Origin: Calditrichia bacterium
GTDB taxonomy: Bacteria > Calditrichota > Calditrichia > JAJRVZ01
NCBI GenBank assembly: GCA_963796965.1
Contig: CAWCNS010000009.1
Coordinates: 512,001 to 576,000 of the forward strand
Direction: 5' to 3'
Length of the DNA stretch: 64,000 nucleotides
The stretch's first letter is position 1. The number at the start of each line of letters is the position of its first letter. This document shows positions 1-11,452 of the stretch, one piece after another. The notes beneath the pieces were generated by a model. It saw nothing but the letters and a program-made list of their open reading frames with translations, was not told where the DNA came from and made no database searches. The translations under genes were made by a program, and so were the position numbers.

Positions 1-1899
1 TAAAAGGATCCAACAACGAAGGCCTTTGGAACGAAAAAGGCAAATCACTTAAAATTATCATCAATCCCCCAATCTGGCGCACAACATGGGCCTACTTGCT
101 TTACTTTGTTGCACTTAGCGCAGTACTCTATGCCTTCCGTCAATATGACCTCAAACGTCAACGCCTCAAACATGAACTGGATTTGGAGCACGAGCATGCA
201 GAAAAATTGCAGGAAATTGACCACATTAAATCGCGCTTTTTCGCCAATATTTCCCATGAATTCCGCACCCCGCTGACACTTATCCTGGGCCCTATTCAAT
301 CCCTGATTAAGAAAACTCATGATGTGACGACTAGAAATGAATTATCCTTGATGCAGCGGAGCGCCCTGCGCCTAGAGCGCCTGATCAATCAATTGCTCGA
401 TTTGTCCAAACTGGAAGCAGGGGGCATGACGATACAGCTTAAAGAAGAGAATATAGTAGATCTGGTTCGGAACTATGCGCAGTCCTTCGAATCCTTAGCC
501 ATACAAAAAGATATTAAATTTATCTTCAAATCTGATGCTGAAAATATTCCAGCCTTCGTGGATAAGAACAAGATTGAGAATATCCTCAATAATTTACTGA
601 GCAATGCTTTTAAGTTTACACCGGAGGGTGGGAAGATTAGAATAAGATAGTAAAAATTCCAAGCACCGGGTACCAAATTTCAGACATAATCCCAAAGTAC
701 AAATTAACCAGAATCTTCAAGTTCCCAATTCCGATTTCGTAGAAATCAAAATCTCCGATACCGGCATCGGTATGCCTCCCGATCGTCATCGATAAATATT
801 TGATCGCTTTTATCAGATAGATGGTTCGCATACCAGAGAACATGAGGGTACCGGCATTGGACTGGCCTTGACTAAGGAACTGGTTGAATTACATTATGGT
901 ACGATAAAAGTAAAAAGCGAACCAAACAAAGGTACGACTTTCATCGTTAAACTGCCTGTTGGTAAGGAACATTTTAGGGATGTACAGGAAGAAGAGGAGC
1001 AGATCAGTTCCCCCTTAGAAAAGCAGGATAATGGGATGTTTTTAAATGAGGATACTTCAGAATCTGTCAAATCAATTGAAGAATACCTCCCTCAATCCCC
1101 CTTTGATAGGGAGGAAGCTGTTCGGTCTCCTGTCTCCGGTCTCTCTGCTCCGATTCTTTTAATCGTTGAAGACAATGCCGATATGCGCACCTACATCCGC
1201 GGACATTTATCCTCAGAATTTCAGATAGACGAGGCCAAAGACGGCGCAGAGGGATTACAAAAAGCCCTATCTATAATTCCCGACCTGGTTATCAGTGATA
1301 TAATGATGCCGGTGATGGATGGCTATCAGCTGTGTGAAAAGTTAAAGACTGATCAGCGGACCAGTCACATTCCGGTTATTTTGCTCACCGCCCGGGCGGC
1401 CAAAGAAGACAAACTGGAGGGGCTGGAAACCGGCGCCGATGATTATATCAACAAACCGTTTGATGCCGATGAATTAAAAGTTCGGATAAAAAACCTGATT
1501 GCTCAACGCAAATTGTTAAAAGAGCGCTTTAGTTCTGAAGCTCTGTTTCCTGCTTCCGAAATAGCCGTTACTTCGACCGATAAAAAATTTATGGATAAAG
1601 CCATGAAGATTATTGAACAAAATCTGGATAATCCCGATTTTACCATCAATATTCTCAGCGATCAGATCGGTATGAGCCGCGAGCATTTTTCCCGGAAAGT
1701 AAAGGCTTTAACAAATCAACCTCCACACATGTTTATCCGTTTGATGCGACTAAAAAGAGCCGCTGTTTTATTAAAACATCATACCGGAAATGTCACCGAG
1801 GTGGCCTTTGATGTGGGTTTTAAAAACCTTTCCCATTTCGCCAAATCCTTCCGCGAACAATTTGGTATAACACCCTCCCACTTTTCTGATCATAATTAA
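1..1899 (+). CDS. Hybrid two-component system (Y_Y_Y-TM-HisKA-HATPase-REC-AraC HTH), 5'-partial, frameshifted at about 645-800
   Basis: H-box FANISHEFRTPL, N-box NLLSNAFKFT, G-boxes DTGIG and GTGIGL read across the break, receiver LIVEDN...SDIMMP...KPF, C-terminal AraC HTH (VAFDVGFKNLSHFAKSF). Joins ORFs 96..650 and 868..1899. Confidence 0.9.
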
Positions 1900-1949
1900 T
1901 ATTTGTTTTCATTTTTGATTCGGCTTATCCCTTTAATAGTTTAAAAATT

Positions 1950-2253
1950 AACCACAGAGGCCACTGAGTAAATATTTAATATTTATTGACTTAAACATAT
2001 ATATTTTTTACCTCTCCTCAGTGAACTCACACGTTTTTAAAATATAGCCTCACATTATTACCGGACTTCTATTTAATTCAGATATCCCAATTAAACCAAA
2101 GTCACTGGTAGCAATTCTTCTTACTCACTTTTTTCTAATAAATAAAGCATACTAAAGGTTATGTCCCTGTGTTTTTTCATATCAATATTACCATTATTCA
2201 ATTAATATATTTGTTACAAGAACACGGAGTGTTTCTCAGTGGCCTTTGTGGTT
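1950..2253. repeat. MITE-like segment bounded by 19-bp inverted repeats
   Basis: AACCACAGAGGCCACTGAG at 1950-1968 and its reverse complement with 1 mismatch (CTCAGTGGCCTTTGTGGTT) at 2235-2253. Confidence 0.7.
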
Positions 2254-2307
2254 TCTCCTCCTTTTTTCACTTTTTTACATGAAATTTTTGACACTACATG
2301 GAAATAT

Positions 2308-2341
2308 CACATTACCGTTAAAATTTGCCACATCACCGTTA
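2308..2341 (+). promoter_or_regulatory. Direct repeat, putative binding site of the upstream AraC-type hybrid regulator
   Basis: CACATTACCGTTA (2308) and CACATCACCGTTA (2329), 21 bp apart, upstream of the RBS AGGAGGA and ATG 2455. Confidence 0.55.
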
Positions 2342-2454
2342 GCATTTTTCAGAATCACATTATTCACTTGTCCTGTCTCATATATTAGTATCCTATTCTC
2401 AACTAATTCTAAGAACCTATTCTTTATAATCATAAACCAATTAAGGAGGAAATC

Positions 2455-4555
2455 ATGAAGCAATTGATATTAAATACTTGCATTTTCTTGCTATTGATGG
2501 GTGTAAATCTTCTAGCCCAGACATTTCCTGATACGTTATCCAGGCAATTCCAGAATGTGTTAATTTCAATTTTGGAGATCCCTGGATTGTCCCGGAATTT
2601 CAGCGGCTGTCATCATGCCCGATGACGGCGTTTGGCAAGGCGTTTATGGTATGTCCGGACCGAACAGTGAAATTGCAATGGATCCGGATATGCTTTTCTG
2701 GACCGGATGCATTGATATGATGTTTACATCAACAGTAATTCTGCAATTGGCTGAAGAAGGGAAACTGAGTTTAACCGATTCACTTTACAAATGGCTGCCT
2801 ACTTACACAAACATTGACAGCACAATTACCATCCGCCAGTTGCTCAACCATACCAATGGGCTGTATCGCTGGCATTTTAATGTTGACGATCCGGCTCATG
2901 ATTCCGTTAAAGCAAATCCCTATACATACTGGGATCTTGAAGAATTTTTATTGAAATTCATTGTAAACAACCCACCACAGTTTCTTCCCGGTTCAAGCTG
3001 GGATTTTCACGAGACGGACTATATTCTGCTTAATATGATCATCGAAGAGGTCACCGATAGCGATCCCTGGCTGCAGTACCGGGATCGTATTGGCCTTCCC
3101 CTGGGATTAAATGATACCTATTTTATCTGGTCCGATACCATTTCGGCGGTGATTGCCGATCCCAGTGAGAATTGGCCTGATTTCTATAAAACAGCAGCCT
3201 GGAGCATCGGCGGACGGCGTATTATTGCCACACCTTTGGATATTGCCCGTTTCGCAGGAAAACTATTTGACGGACAATTACTCAGTCAGACATCGTTAGA
3301 GCAGATGTCCGCATTTATGAATATGGTCTATTACCTTTACCCAATTCTTGATGGCTATGGTTTAGGATTATGCCGGTTTGACCTGGCCGATCATGAAACC
3401 TGGGGACATTGGGGGCATGATCCGGGATATTCATCAGCGGTGATCTATTGGCCGGAAAAAAATATCAGTTTTGCCTTCTTTTCTAACAGCTGGGGAATGA
3501 TGTCTCAAACAAATGATATTTGTGTAGACTTATTTAAGATCGCCCTCCGCCGCTATGAATTTCCTTTTGACAAAGTCCATCCCCGCGACGTTATTATATC
3601 GGATGCTTTTTGTGAGCCCAGTGTGGATAATTTAATGATCACTTCCTCGGTATATAACCCGGATAGCCATGATATTCAGGTAAAAGCGATGGTTTCTGAT
3701 CGGGAGGGCAGTCTGATTGATTCCACCATCATGAATGATGCGGGTAGCGATGGCGATATGCTGGCCGGAGATGGTATCTATAGTTGTTCTGTCGGGCCGA
3801 TCAGTAGGGAGGACAATTTTATCGTTGCCCCAAAAACGATTGATCTAAATACGCAATACAATCATACGCTGCCGGAAGACTCAGCCGCATTGTTTACAAC
3901 CATTGGTGCTCTTGAAATTTCTGAATTTTATCCCACCCAAAAATGGGGTACCGATAGTCTCAGCGGACCCGGTCACAGCCTCTTTTATAGAATCTCGGTC
4001 TATAATCAGGGGAAGGAAACGACGGCCAAAGATGTAACGGTTAAAATCTTTGCTGCTGATTCATTATTGGAGATTGGCACCACAAAAACGATTACTTTTG
4101 GCGATATTGAGGCCGGAGAAACGGCTCCCAGTACATATGAATTCTTCGTTAAATGTGCGCAGGAATGTCCCCTTGCAGCACAACTGCCGCTGCGCTTTGA
4201 AATTTACAGTGAGGATTATCATTACTGGACCGATACCCGTCCTACGGATATTTATACCGGTATTAATAACAAATCGGAAACGCTTCCACTGAAATTTGCT
4301 CTTTTTCAGAACTACCCTAATCCCTTTAATCCCCTCACAACGATCACTTATCAATTACCTATGAGCAGTGATATTAAATTAAGTATCTATAATATTCTGG
4401 GAGAGAAAGTAGTCACCTTAGTTTCCAAGAAGCAGCAGGCCGGAAAGTATACAGTAGAATGGAATGCCTCAGGTTTTGCCAGTGGTGTTTATATATACAG
4501 GCTTTCAACAGACCAAGGATTTGCTGAGAGTAAGAAACTTCTGTTAATCAAATAA
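2455..4555 (+). CDS. Secreted serine hydrolase/beta-lactamase-fold protein with choice-of-anchor-X-like segment and T9SS-type CTD; frameshift near 2590; catalytic motifs altered
   Basis: RBS + signal peptide MKQLILNTCIFLLLMGVNLLAQ; ITIRQLLNHTNG, WGHWG; DAGSDGDMLAGDGIYS; QNYPNPFNP...KKLLLIK. Confidence 0.8.
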
Positions 4556-4935
4556 TGAAGCCATCCCGATTTACCGGAGCGGCGTATATATTTATCAGCT
4601 TAGCGCGGAGGGCCAAGCGCATAGCGATGTACAAACCAGGAAGCGGTTATTGATTAAATAGAATCATTAGCCATTAGATTGGAATCTGGAATTGGGAATT
4701 AGACATTGGCAATGTGAGATAAATGGAAAATCAATAATATTTCGTTCTGCCGGTTATTATGAAATACGCGATTAATAATATTATTGTAAACCCCGGAGGA
4801 GTGATATGTGTAAAGAAGATAAGATCCTCTGAAAAAAACGATGCATAAGAGGATAGGCAAAAGATGTATGGTTTGTAATCCGGCTCCCGATTTAAGCACA
4901 TGCTAGATTATTCTAAACTACACACCTTTAACTTT

Positions 4936-4967
4936 AAATCGGAGATTAACATAATCTCCGATTTTTT
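4936..4967. terminator. Intrinsic terminator-like hairpin
   Basis: AAATCGGAGATTA-ACA-TAATCTCCGATTT followed by a T-run. Confidence 0.6.
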
Positions 4968-5175
4968 ATTGCATTCCTTTACCTACATTGTATATTATAT
5001 CATTATTGCTCTCAAAAATATCTAATTCGACTGCTGATTTATCTTTCTCCTCTGTTTTAAAGACGAATGATTGTTTCTGTAAATTAATTATGAACGCTTA
5101 AAAATTGTTTCGGTTTTTATTTGTTTCTTTCTTTATATGACATGATATGTGTCATAAATACGAGGAGGGTCCGTC

Positions 5176-6624
5176 ATGAAATATTTTAGTACTCTCATCT
5201 TATTTGTCTCAGTATCCGTATTTCTAATTTCCTGCAACCTGTCCCAGCCTGACGGTGAAATGACGATTACTACTAATTCAGCTGAAGCGCGGGAATTATT
5301 TTTACAAGCCAGAGAAAAATTCCATAATGTGGAGTTTGTCGCTGCCGGGGAGCTGCTTGATAAAGCTATTGCCATGGATCCCAACTTTGCTCTGGCTTAT
5401 CTTTATCGCTCCCTCATTGTCGGGGATTTGAATGAGAGCCGCAACTATCTTGGCAAAGCCCTGGCATTAAGGGATCAGATCAGCGAAGGAGAAGCAGAGT
5501 ACATCCTGTACTATCAGGCCCTGCTTGATGGCAATGGTGCCAAACAAAAAGCCCAGTTGCAGAAACTTGAACAACTGCTTCCCAATGACCCTTACGTCTT
5601 GCTTCAATACGGTGTTTACTATTATGCCTTTAAAAATGATTACAATCTAGCCCTACCCTATTTCAACAAAGTGATACAAATTAAAGCGGAATATGGCCCG
5701 GCCTATAATTTAATCGGATATAATCAGATTCAACTGGGTAATTATGAAGCGGCGGAATCAGCCTTTAAAAAATATATCGAAGTTGCCCCCACCAGTCCCA
5801 ATCCCTACGATTCATACGCGGAACTGCTTTTAACCCTGGGAAAATATGATCAGTCGATTAAAAATTACCAGAAGGCCTTTGATACGGATAATAAATTTGC
5901 TATAGCGCTTACCGGTATTGGAAATAATTTTGCCATGAAAGGTGAATTTGATAAAGCCCGGGAATATTTTTATAAAGCCCATGATAAAGCCGGTCGGGTC
6001 AATGATAAATTTGCTGCTCTTTCCCTGGTAATTAGTTCCTATGTGGAAGAAGGACAGCTGGATAGCGCTGTTGAACTTTGTGAACAACGTTTGGAAATGG
6101 CCAAAGAAAGGGACCTGACCGATTATCAAATTAGCAGCATGAATATGGCAGCCTTTATTATGCGTGAAAACGGCGATCTTGAGAAAGCACAGGAATATTA
6201 TGATTATGTGGCCGCCTTAGTGGAGACCGCCGAAATGATGGAAGCTGACCGTAATGGCTATCGTCTAATGGTTGGCTGGAATAAGTGCACCATGCTGGCA
6301 GCTCAAAACAGGTTAGAGGAAGCTACCGTTGAAGCCACCAACTGTCTTAAACTAGCCGAGCAACGAGGGGACCCTAATGGTTTACAGAATGCCTATGGAC
6401 AAATGGGAAGACTAGCCAACTATAAGGGCGATTATCAAAAGGCTTTAGACAACCTGCAAAAGGCTGATCCAGCTAGTCCTTATAACTGGTATCAGATGGG
6501 CCTGGCTTATGAAGGTCAAAACTTACCTGATAAAGCCAGCGAATGGTTTAAACGTGTCGCTGATGACAATGAACTGCGCCTCGATTTAGCCCTTGTTAGG
6601 CAGAAGGCAAAAAATAAATTATAA
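5176..6624 (+). CDS. TPR-repeat lipoprotein
   Basis: RBS GAGGAGG; lipobox-like FLISC; many TPR motifs (AIAMDPNFALAY, AYNLIGY, PNPYDSYAE). Confidence 0.85.
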   Translation: MKYFSTLILFVSVSVFLISCNLSQPDGEMTITTNSAEARELFLQAREKFHNVEFVAAGELLDKAIAMDPNFALAYLYRSLIVGDLNESRNYLGKALALRDQISEGEAEYILYYQALLDGNGAKQKAQLQKLEQLLPNDPYVLLQYGVYYYAFKNDYNLALPYFNKVIQIKAEYGPAYNLIGYNQIQLGNYEAAESAFKKYIEVAPTSPNPYDSYAELLLTLGKYDQSIKNYQKAFDTDNKFAIALTGIGNNFAMKGEFDKAREYFYKAHDKAGRVNDKFAALSLVISSYVEEGQLDSAVELCEQRLEMAKERDLTDYQISSMNMAAFIMRENGDLEKAQEYYDYVAALVETAEMMEADRNGYRLMVGWNKCTMLAAQNRLEEATVEATNCLKLAEQRGDPNGLQNAYGQMGRLANYKGDYQKALDNLQKADPASPYNWYQMGLAYEGQNLPDKASEWFKRVADDNELRLDLALVRQKAKNKL

Positions 6625-6689
6625 GTAACACATAACCATTCAAAACGGAGATATTATTTAAAAACTTTTCTACCTGGATAAAACTCAGA

Positions 6690-7150
6690 TGATTGTGGCC
6701 CTGATTTTTGTGAGGACAGGATTCTTAAAATTAAGTAATTGCGATTTAATCATTGCCATTTCCCAGCTCTCTTGTATGTCATGCCCTTCCAACCACTTCT
6801 CCAATTCGGATTCCTAATCACTTCGTGCCATGGCATCGAGTCCAGCTGGTTGTTTAGCTCTTTGGTTAATTTGCAGCTTAAACGAATCAAAAATATTTCT
6901 TTGCTCTTCACTAAGTTGCAATTAACCCAACCGCTATTGAATTTTTGCAATTTCTGAACATTATCTATAAGTCGTTTCGACCCCCGTAGAGCAGCAGTAG
7001 CCGGATTGTTTAATTCATGAACCATTCCGGCGCTTAAACTGCATACCAATAATGCGATTGCCTTAACTGCCCGGAAAGAAGTGCTGATATGGATGCGAAT
7101 AATCCCCAGATAATTACGGCACTCCCGTTAATATAACCACCCAATGAAAC
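6690..7150 (-). pseudogene. Decayed remnant of a sensor histidine kinase (probably cNMP-binding type)
   Basis: H-box LSAGMVHELNNPATAA preserved; no HATPase domain follows; stops and frameshifts surround it. Confidence 0.6.
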
Positions 7151-7259
7151 CATTAAAAAAAATCACATCATCATGCGATGGTGATCTTGATTTCTCTTTA
7201 TTATATTCATTTTGAACACTCCAAGATTTAACCAACCACCAATAAAAAGGAAATGAAAG

Positions 7260-8279
7260 ATGAAAAAGTTTACTTCCCTTGTAACCCTCACATTTTTATT
7301 TATTTTGTTACTTGTTCCCTTAAAAGGACAGACCCTGTTTGAAGAGAATTTTGATTATACTACTGGCGATTCCTTGCCTGGTCATGGCTGGACCCAGATC
7401 CGGAATGGTGAAAAAATAAAAGTTGTCGACGAGGGATTGTTTTTTCCCGGATATCTTGATGATATTGGCAATGCGGCAAGATTGGTATCCACTGCCAATC
7501 AAGAGGTTCGACAAACTTTTCCAGTGGTCTCCTCCGACAGTCTTTACATCTCATATCTTATTAATGTAAAAGATGACACATCATCCTGGGCTATCTATCT
7601 ATATATAGGACCTCCCGATGTTGGTATTTTTCAGCGAAATATATCTGCCTATATCTCAAAAAATGAAGAAGATAAGATCGCCTTTGGTGTTCTCAAGAAC
7701 GGTGGTATTAGCACGACATCCTTTGACTATGAATTGAATACCACTTATCTGATTTTACTAAAATATACTTTTAACCCGGGTGAAGAGGATGATGTCGTAT
7801 CATTGTGGGTTAACCCTCCTCTTAACGGTTTAGAAACTCAACCAGATGCTTCTTCTTCAAATGGTTCAGATGCGGATAGTCTGGGCGGAATAGTCCTCTC
7901 TCAAATTACAGCCTCGAATTTCCCGCCAGATGCGCTTATCGATGGGGTAAGAATAACAAAGACCTGGGCGGATTTACCACTGTCGATTGAAATCTCTAAC
8001 AGGATGCCTTTGGAAGCATTTTCTCTGGCACAGAATTATCCCAATCCGTTTAATCCCTCTACACTGATCAGTTACCAATTAGCAATTACCAATTTCGTTG
8101 AACTGAGTATTTTTAATTCCTTGGGTCAAAAGGTAACAACTTTAGTAAATGCAAAACAACCAGCAGGAACTTATAATGTAGAATGGAACGCCAGTGGATT
8201 TGCCAGTGGTATTTATTATTATCGATTACATACCAATGACGGATTTGTTCAGACTAAGAAACTTGTATTGCTGAAGTAG
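7260..8279 (+). CDS. Secreted beta-sandwich protein with T9SS-type CTD
   Basis: Signal peptide; LFEENFDY...IDGVRITKTWADL; AQNYPNPFNP...KKLVLLK. Confidence 0.85.
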   Translation: MKKFTSLVTLTFLFILLLVPLKGQTLFEENFDYTTGDSLPGHGWTQIRNGEKIKVVDEGLFFPGYLDDIGNAARLVSTANQEVRQTFPVVSSDSLYISYLINVKDDTSSWAIYLYIGPPDVGIFQRNISAYISKNEEDKIAFGVLKNGGISTTSFDYELNTTYLILLKYTFNPGEEDDVVSLWVNPPLNGLETQPDASSSNGSDADSLGGIVLSQITASNFPPDALIDGVRITKTWADLPLSIEISNRMPLEAFSLAQNYPNPFNPSTLISYQLAITNFVELSIFNSLGQKVTTLVNAKQPAGTYNVEWNASGFASGIYYYRLHTNDGFVQTKKLVLLK

Positions 8280-8400
8280 TATCATATGATCAACCTATAA
8301 ATAATTTATTTGATCACACTAAATCTGTTTTTGCATGACTGGTGCAAAGTGACCATATCTGATAATTCAAAAATTGCTGTTTATTAAAGGAGGACGAACA

Positions 8401-10673
8401 ATGGGACGAAAAACGTACATTAAAGTGATAATTTTTATCTCTGTCGTCATTCATTTTTCTATGCAATCTCAACCCGTTTATGCACAAAATTATAATGAAG
8501 TTAATGTATATGGCTGGGGAGAAGCGATCAATGAAGCGGCACCGGCATTTCTCGATATTGATCATGATGGCTATATGGATATGCTGGTCGGAAACAAGTT
8601 CTGGTACCATCTGGCATTATGAACAAACCAGCGGCGATGAATTTGCTTTGATAACACAAGAATTTAGCAATATTGACGTGCAAAGTGAATCTATGCCTGC
8701 CTTTGCTTATATCGATGGTGACAGTCTAATCGATTTAGTGGTTGGATCGAATGGCAATCTGAGTTTATATGAACAAGAAAGTGAGGGGAGCTTATAATTT
8801 TATTGAAATCACAAGAGACATGAAAGAAGGAAGTATTGGAGCGCATTTATCTCCCACCCTCGCTGATTTTAATAATGACGGCTTTATGGATATGCTTGTG
8901 GGCCATAGCAATGGTGTGCTCATCCACTTTGTCCAGGATACAATTAACACCTTTTCTTTTAGTATGGTTGATCCATTATGGATGGATTGGGATGGCGGAA
9001 CTTATTCTGCTCCGACCTTTACAGATCTGGGTAATGATGGCATATTTGATTTGATTGTAGGCACACCCAATGGTCAACTTTATCATCTTATTCAGGATAG
9101 CCTTCATGCACCTGGTTTTACAGAAGTGTCAAATAATTTTGCTGATATTGATGTAGGGCAATCTGCCAAACCTGCTTTTGTTGAATTGGACAATGATGAT
9201 AAGCTTGACCTGATGCTAGGGGAATGGTATAAAGGGCTTGTTCATTACGAGCAAATCGCCCCGGGATCAGAGATTTATCAGGTTCTAAATGAAGATGTAA
9301 TAGGTGTGAGAGATTTTGGCGCCAAAAACGGATATGCTGTTGCGGATATTGATAATGATGGTTTACTGGATATGCTGGTCGCCACCCATTTCGGCCCTGA
9401 CAATGCGCCTATCAATCATTTTGAACAAAATGCCCAGGGAGATCTGCTATTCAACTTAATCGAAGAGCGCTTTAATGATATCGGTGTTGGCCAATATAAC
9501 CGCCTGACACTTTATGATATTAATGGAAATGGACTACTGGATCTCATTATTGGGGATGTTTATGGTAAAAATTCCCGCTATGAACAGGCTGAGGTAAACT
9601 CCTATTCATTTATATTGATGGAGGATCATTTTAATGCTCCCATGCAAACAAGACAGCCTCCCAATTTGGTTTTTGAAGATATTGATAGCGACGGACTTCT
9701 GGATATGCTTGTCGGGGGCGGCTGGGGTACGACCTCTCATTACGAACAGGACAGTGTTAATGCCGTGACATTCACAGAAAAAACAAATCGTTTTGCAAAT
9801 CTAGATGTAGGGTACAATGCATCGCCAACATTTACAGATCTTGATGATGATGGTTTATTAGATTTAATGATTGGCGCCCTTTATGGTGACGTATACCATC
9901 TTGAGCAGGATTCTGTTGATTCGGAAACCTTTACATTAATAACGAACGAGTTTGCTTCCGTATCTGTGCTTCAGGATGCGCTTCCCCACTTTGTTGATGT
10001 AAATCTTGATGGAAACACAGACCTGATTTTCGGCAGCTATTCTGGCGGAATAAAACTTTTTCTCCGTACTGATGATGAAGATCTCAAACCACCTAAAGCA
10101 CCCGAAAACTTGGTAGCAACTATCGATGGTGAATCCGTTGATCTTGTATGGTCACAGTCATCAGACATTGATTTAATGCTTTACAACATTTACCGTAGTA
10201 CACGACATGATACAACTACTGCTGAATATATCAACTCTACGCCTGTCGGAATAACCACTTACCAGGATTCCAGTTTGCAACTGAGCAATGTTTATTATTA
10301 TTGGATCACAGCTCTTGACAGCATTGGAAACGAGAGTGCCTTCAGCCAGTCAGATAGTGTAGATATTGAAGTTGTTTCATCTTTTGATCAGCCTCGTATT
10401 CAGGTGAAAAAATTCCATTTACAACAAAACTATCCAAATCCTTTTAATCCAATAACAACCATCAATTACGAATTACCAATTACAAATTACGTTGATCTAA
10501 GTATTTATAATCTTCTTGGTCAAAAGGTTGTGACCTTGGTATCAGGAAGAAAAGCAGCCGGTACTTATAATGTGGAATGGGATGCCTCTGCCTTTCCGAG
10601 TGGGATATATATATATAGGTTAATGTCTGACAAGGGTTATGTGGAAAGTAAGAAACTTATTCTACTGAAATAA
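8401..10673 (+). CDS. FG-GAP/VCBS-repeat beta-propeller + Fn3 + T9SS-type CTD protein; frameshifts near 8600 and 8790
   Basis: RBS AGGAGG; about 10 repeats of P.F.D.D.DG..DL.VG spread over ORFs 8374..8622, 8480..8797 and 8769..10673; PPKAPENL Fn3; CTD. Confidence 0.85.
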
Positions 10674-10680
10674 TAATTTA

Positions 10681-10813
10681 ACCGCAAAGACGCAGAGGAG
10701 GCGCAAAGTTATTTAATAAAATATAAAGAAAAAACTAAGAATATATAAAACCAATTAAATCTTAAGATTACTGTGGTGTTGTCGGAGAGACGCAGCACTC
10801 TACGTCTCTTCCG
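10681..10813. repeat. Short interspersed repeats: CGCAAAGA/CGCAGAG 8-mer type plus a REP-like hairpin
   Basis: ACCGCAAAGACGCAGAGGAGGCGCAAAG (10681-10708); AGAGACGCAG-CACT-CTACGTCTCT hairpin (about 10786-10809). Confidence 0.55.
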
Positions 10814-10842
10814 TCAACATCTCAAATAAAAAATTTTAATAA

Positions 10843-11121
10843 TTATTTTTTCATCGCATTTTTTACAAATCCTACAATAGCCAGAAGAACACCACCTCCG
10901 ACACCCGATCCCACAATGTTACCAATAATACTACCAATATCAAGTCCTCCCTGGCTGGTCATAACGCCGAGAGCACTTAATATCTGGCCACCAAGACCTC
11001 CACCAATAATACCAACCACTGAATTCCAAAGCGTACCCAGACTCAGTTTTTTCAATAATCCGCCAGCAAGATTGCCACCTATCGCACCACCAATCAAATC
11101 AATAAGTAAAGCTTCCATCAT
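10843..11121 (-). CDS. Small Gly-rich membrane protein (GlsB/YeaQ/YmgE-like)
   Basis: RBS GGGAGG; three hydrophobic GxxxG-rich helices (GGAIGGNLAG, GIIGGGLGG). Confidence 0.75.
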   Translation of the reverse strand: MMEALLIDLIGGAIGGNLAGGLLKKLSLGTLWNSVVGIIGGGLGGQILSALGVMTSQGGLDIGSIIGNIVGSGVGGGVLLAIVGFVKNAMKK

Positions 11122-11354
11122 TAAATCCCTCCCATTTTAATTAATACGGCAGTAAATATTTTAATCCACTGCCTATTGCTTATGTATTTAATCTTTGAAA
11201 ACTAAAGAATCAACTATTCTTTAAATAATCTAATCATAGAAAATGTCATTGAGGAAATAAGTCAGGATAAATTTAGATAATGATGGTGTACTTCATAAGA
11301 ATTCTCGTAAAAATCTTTTAAATTATAATTTTTTTTTCAGATTTAAATTTATAA

Positions 11355-11380
11355 TAGGTACGCGATTAATCGCGTACCTA
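11355..11380. repeat. Perfect 26-bp palindrome, REP-like (GTAG-ended)
   Basis: TAGGTACGCGATTAATCGCGTACCTA followed by C. Confidence 0.75.
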
Positions 11381-11452
11381 CATGGTCGATCGTTAATGGA
11401 ACAATCCTAAAAAAGTTTGGCTTTCGGGCTTTCTACCTTATAAAAATCATTT

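Noticed and set aside
4560..4900. ncRNA or small CDS (4699..4899) in the gap after the CTD protein
   Set aside because: Only degenerate repeat fragments; no stable fold or credible coding signal recognised
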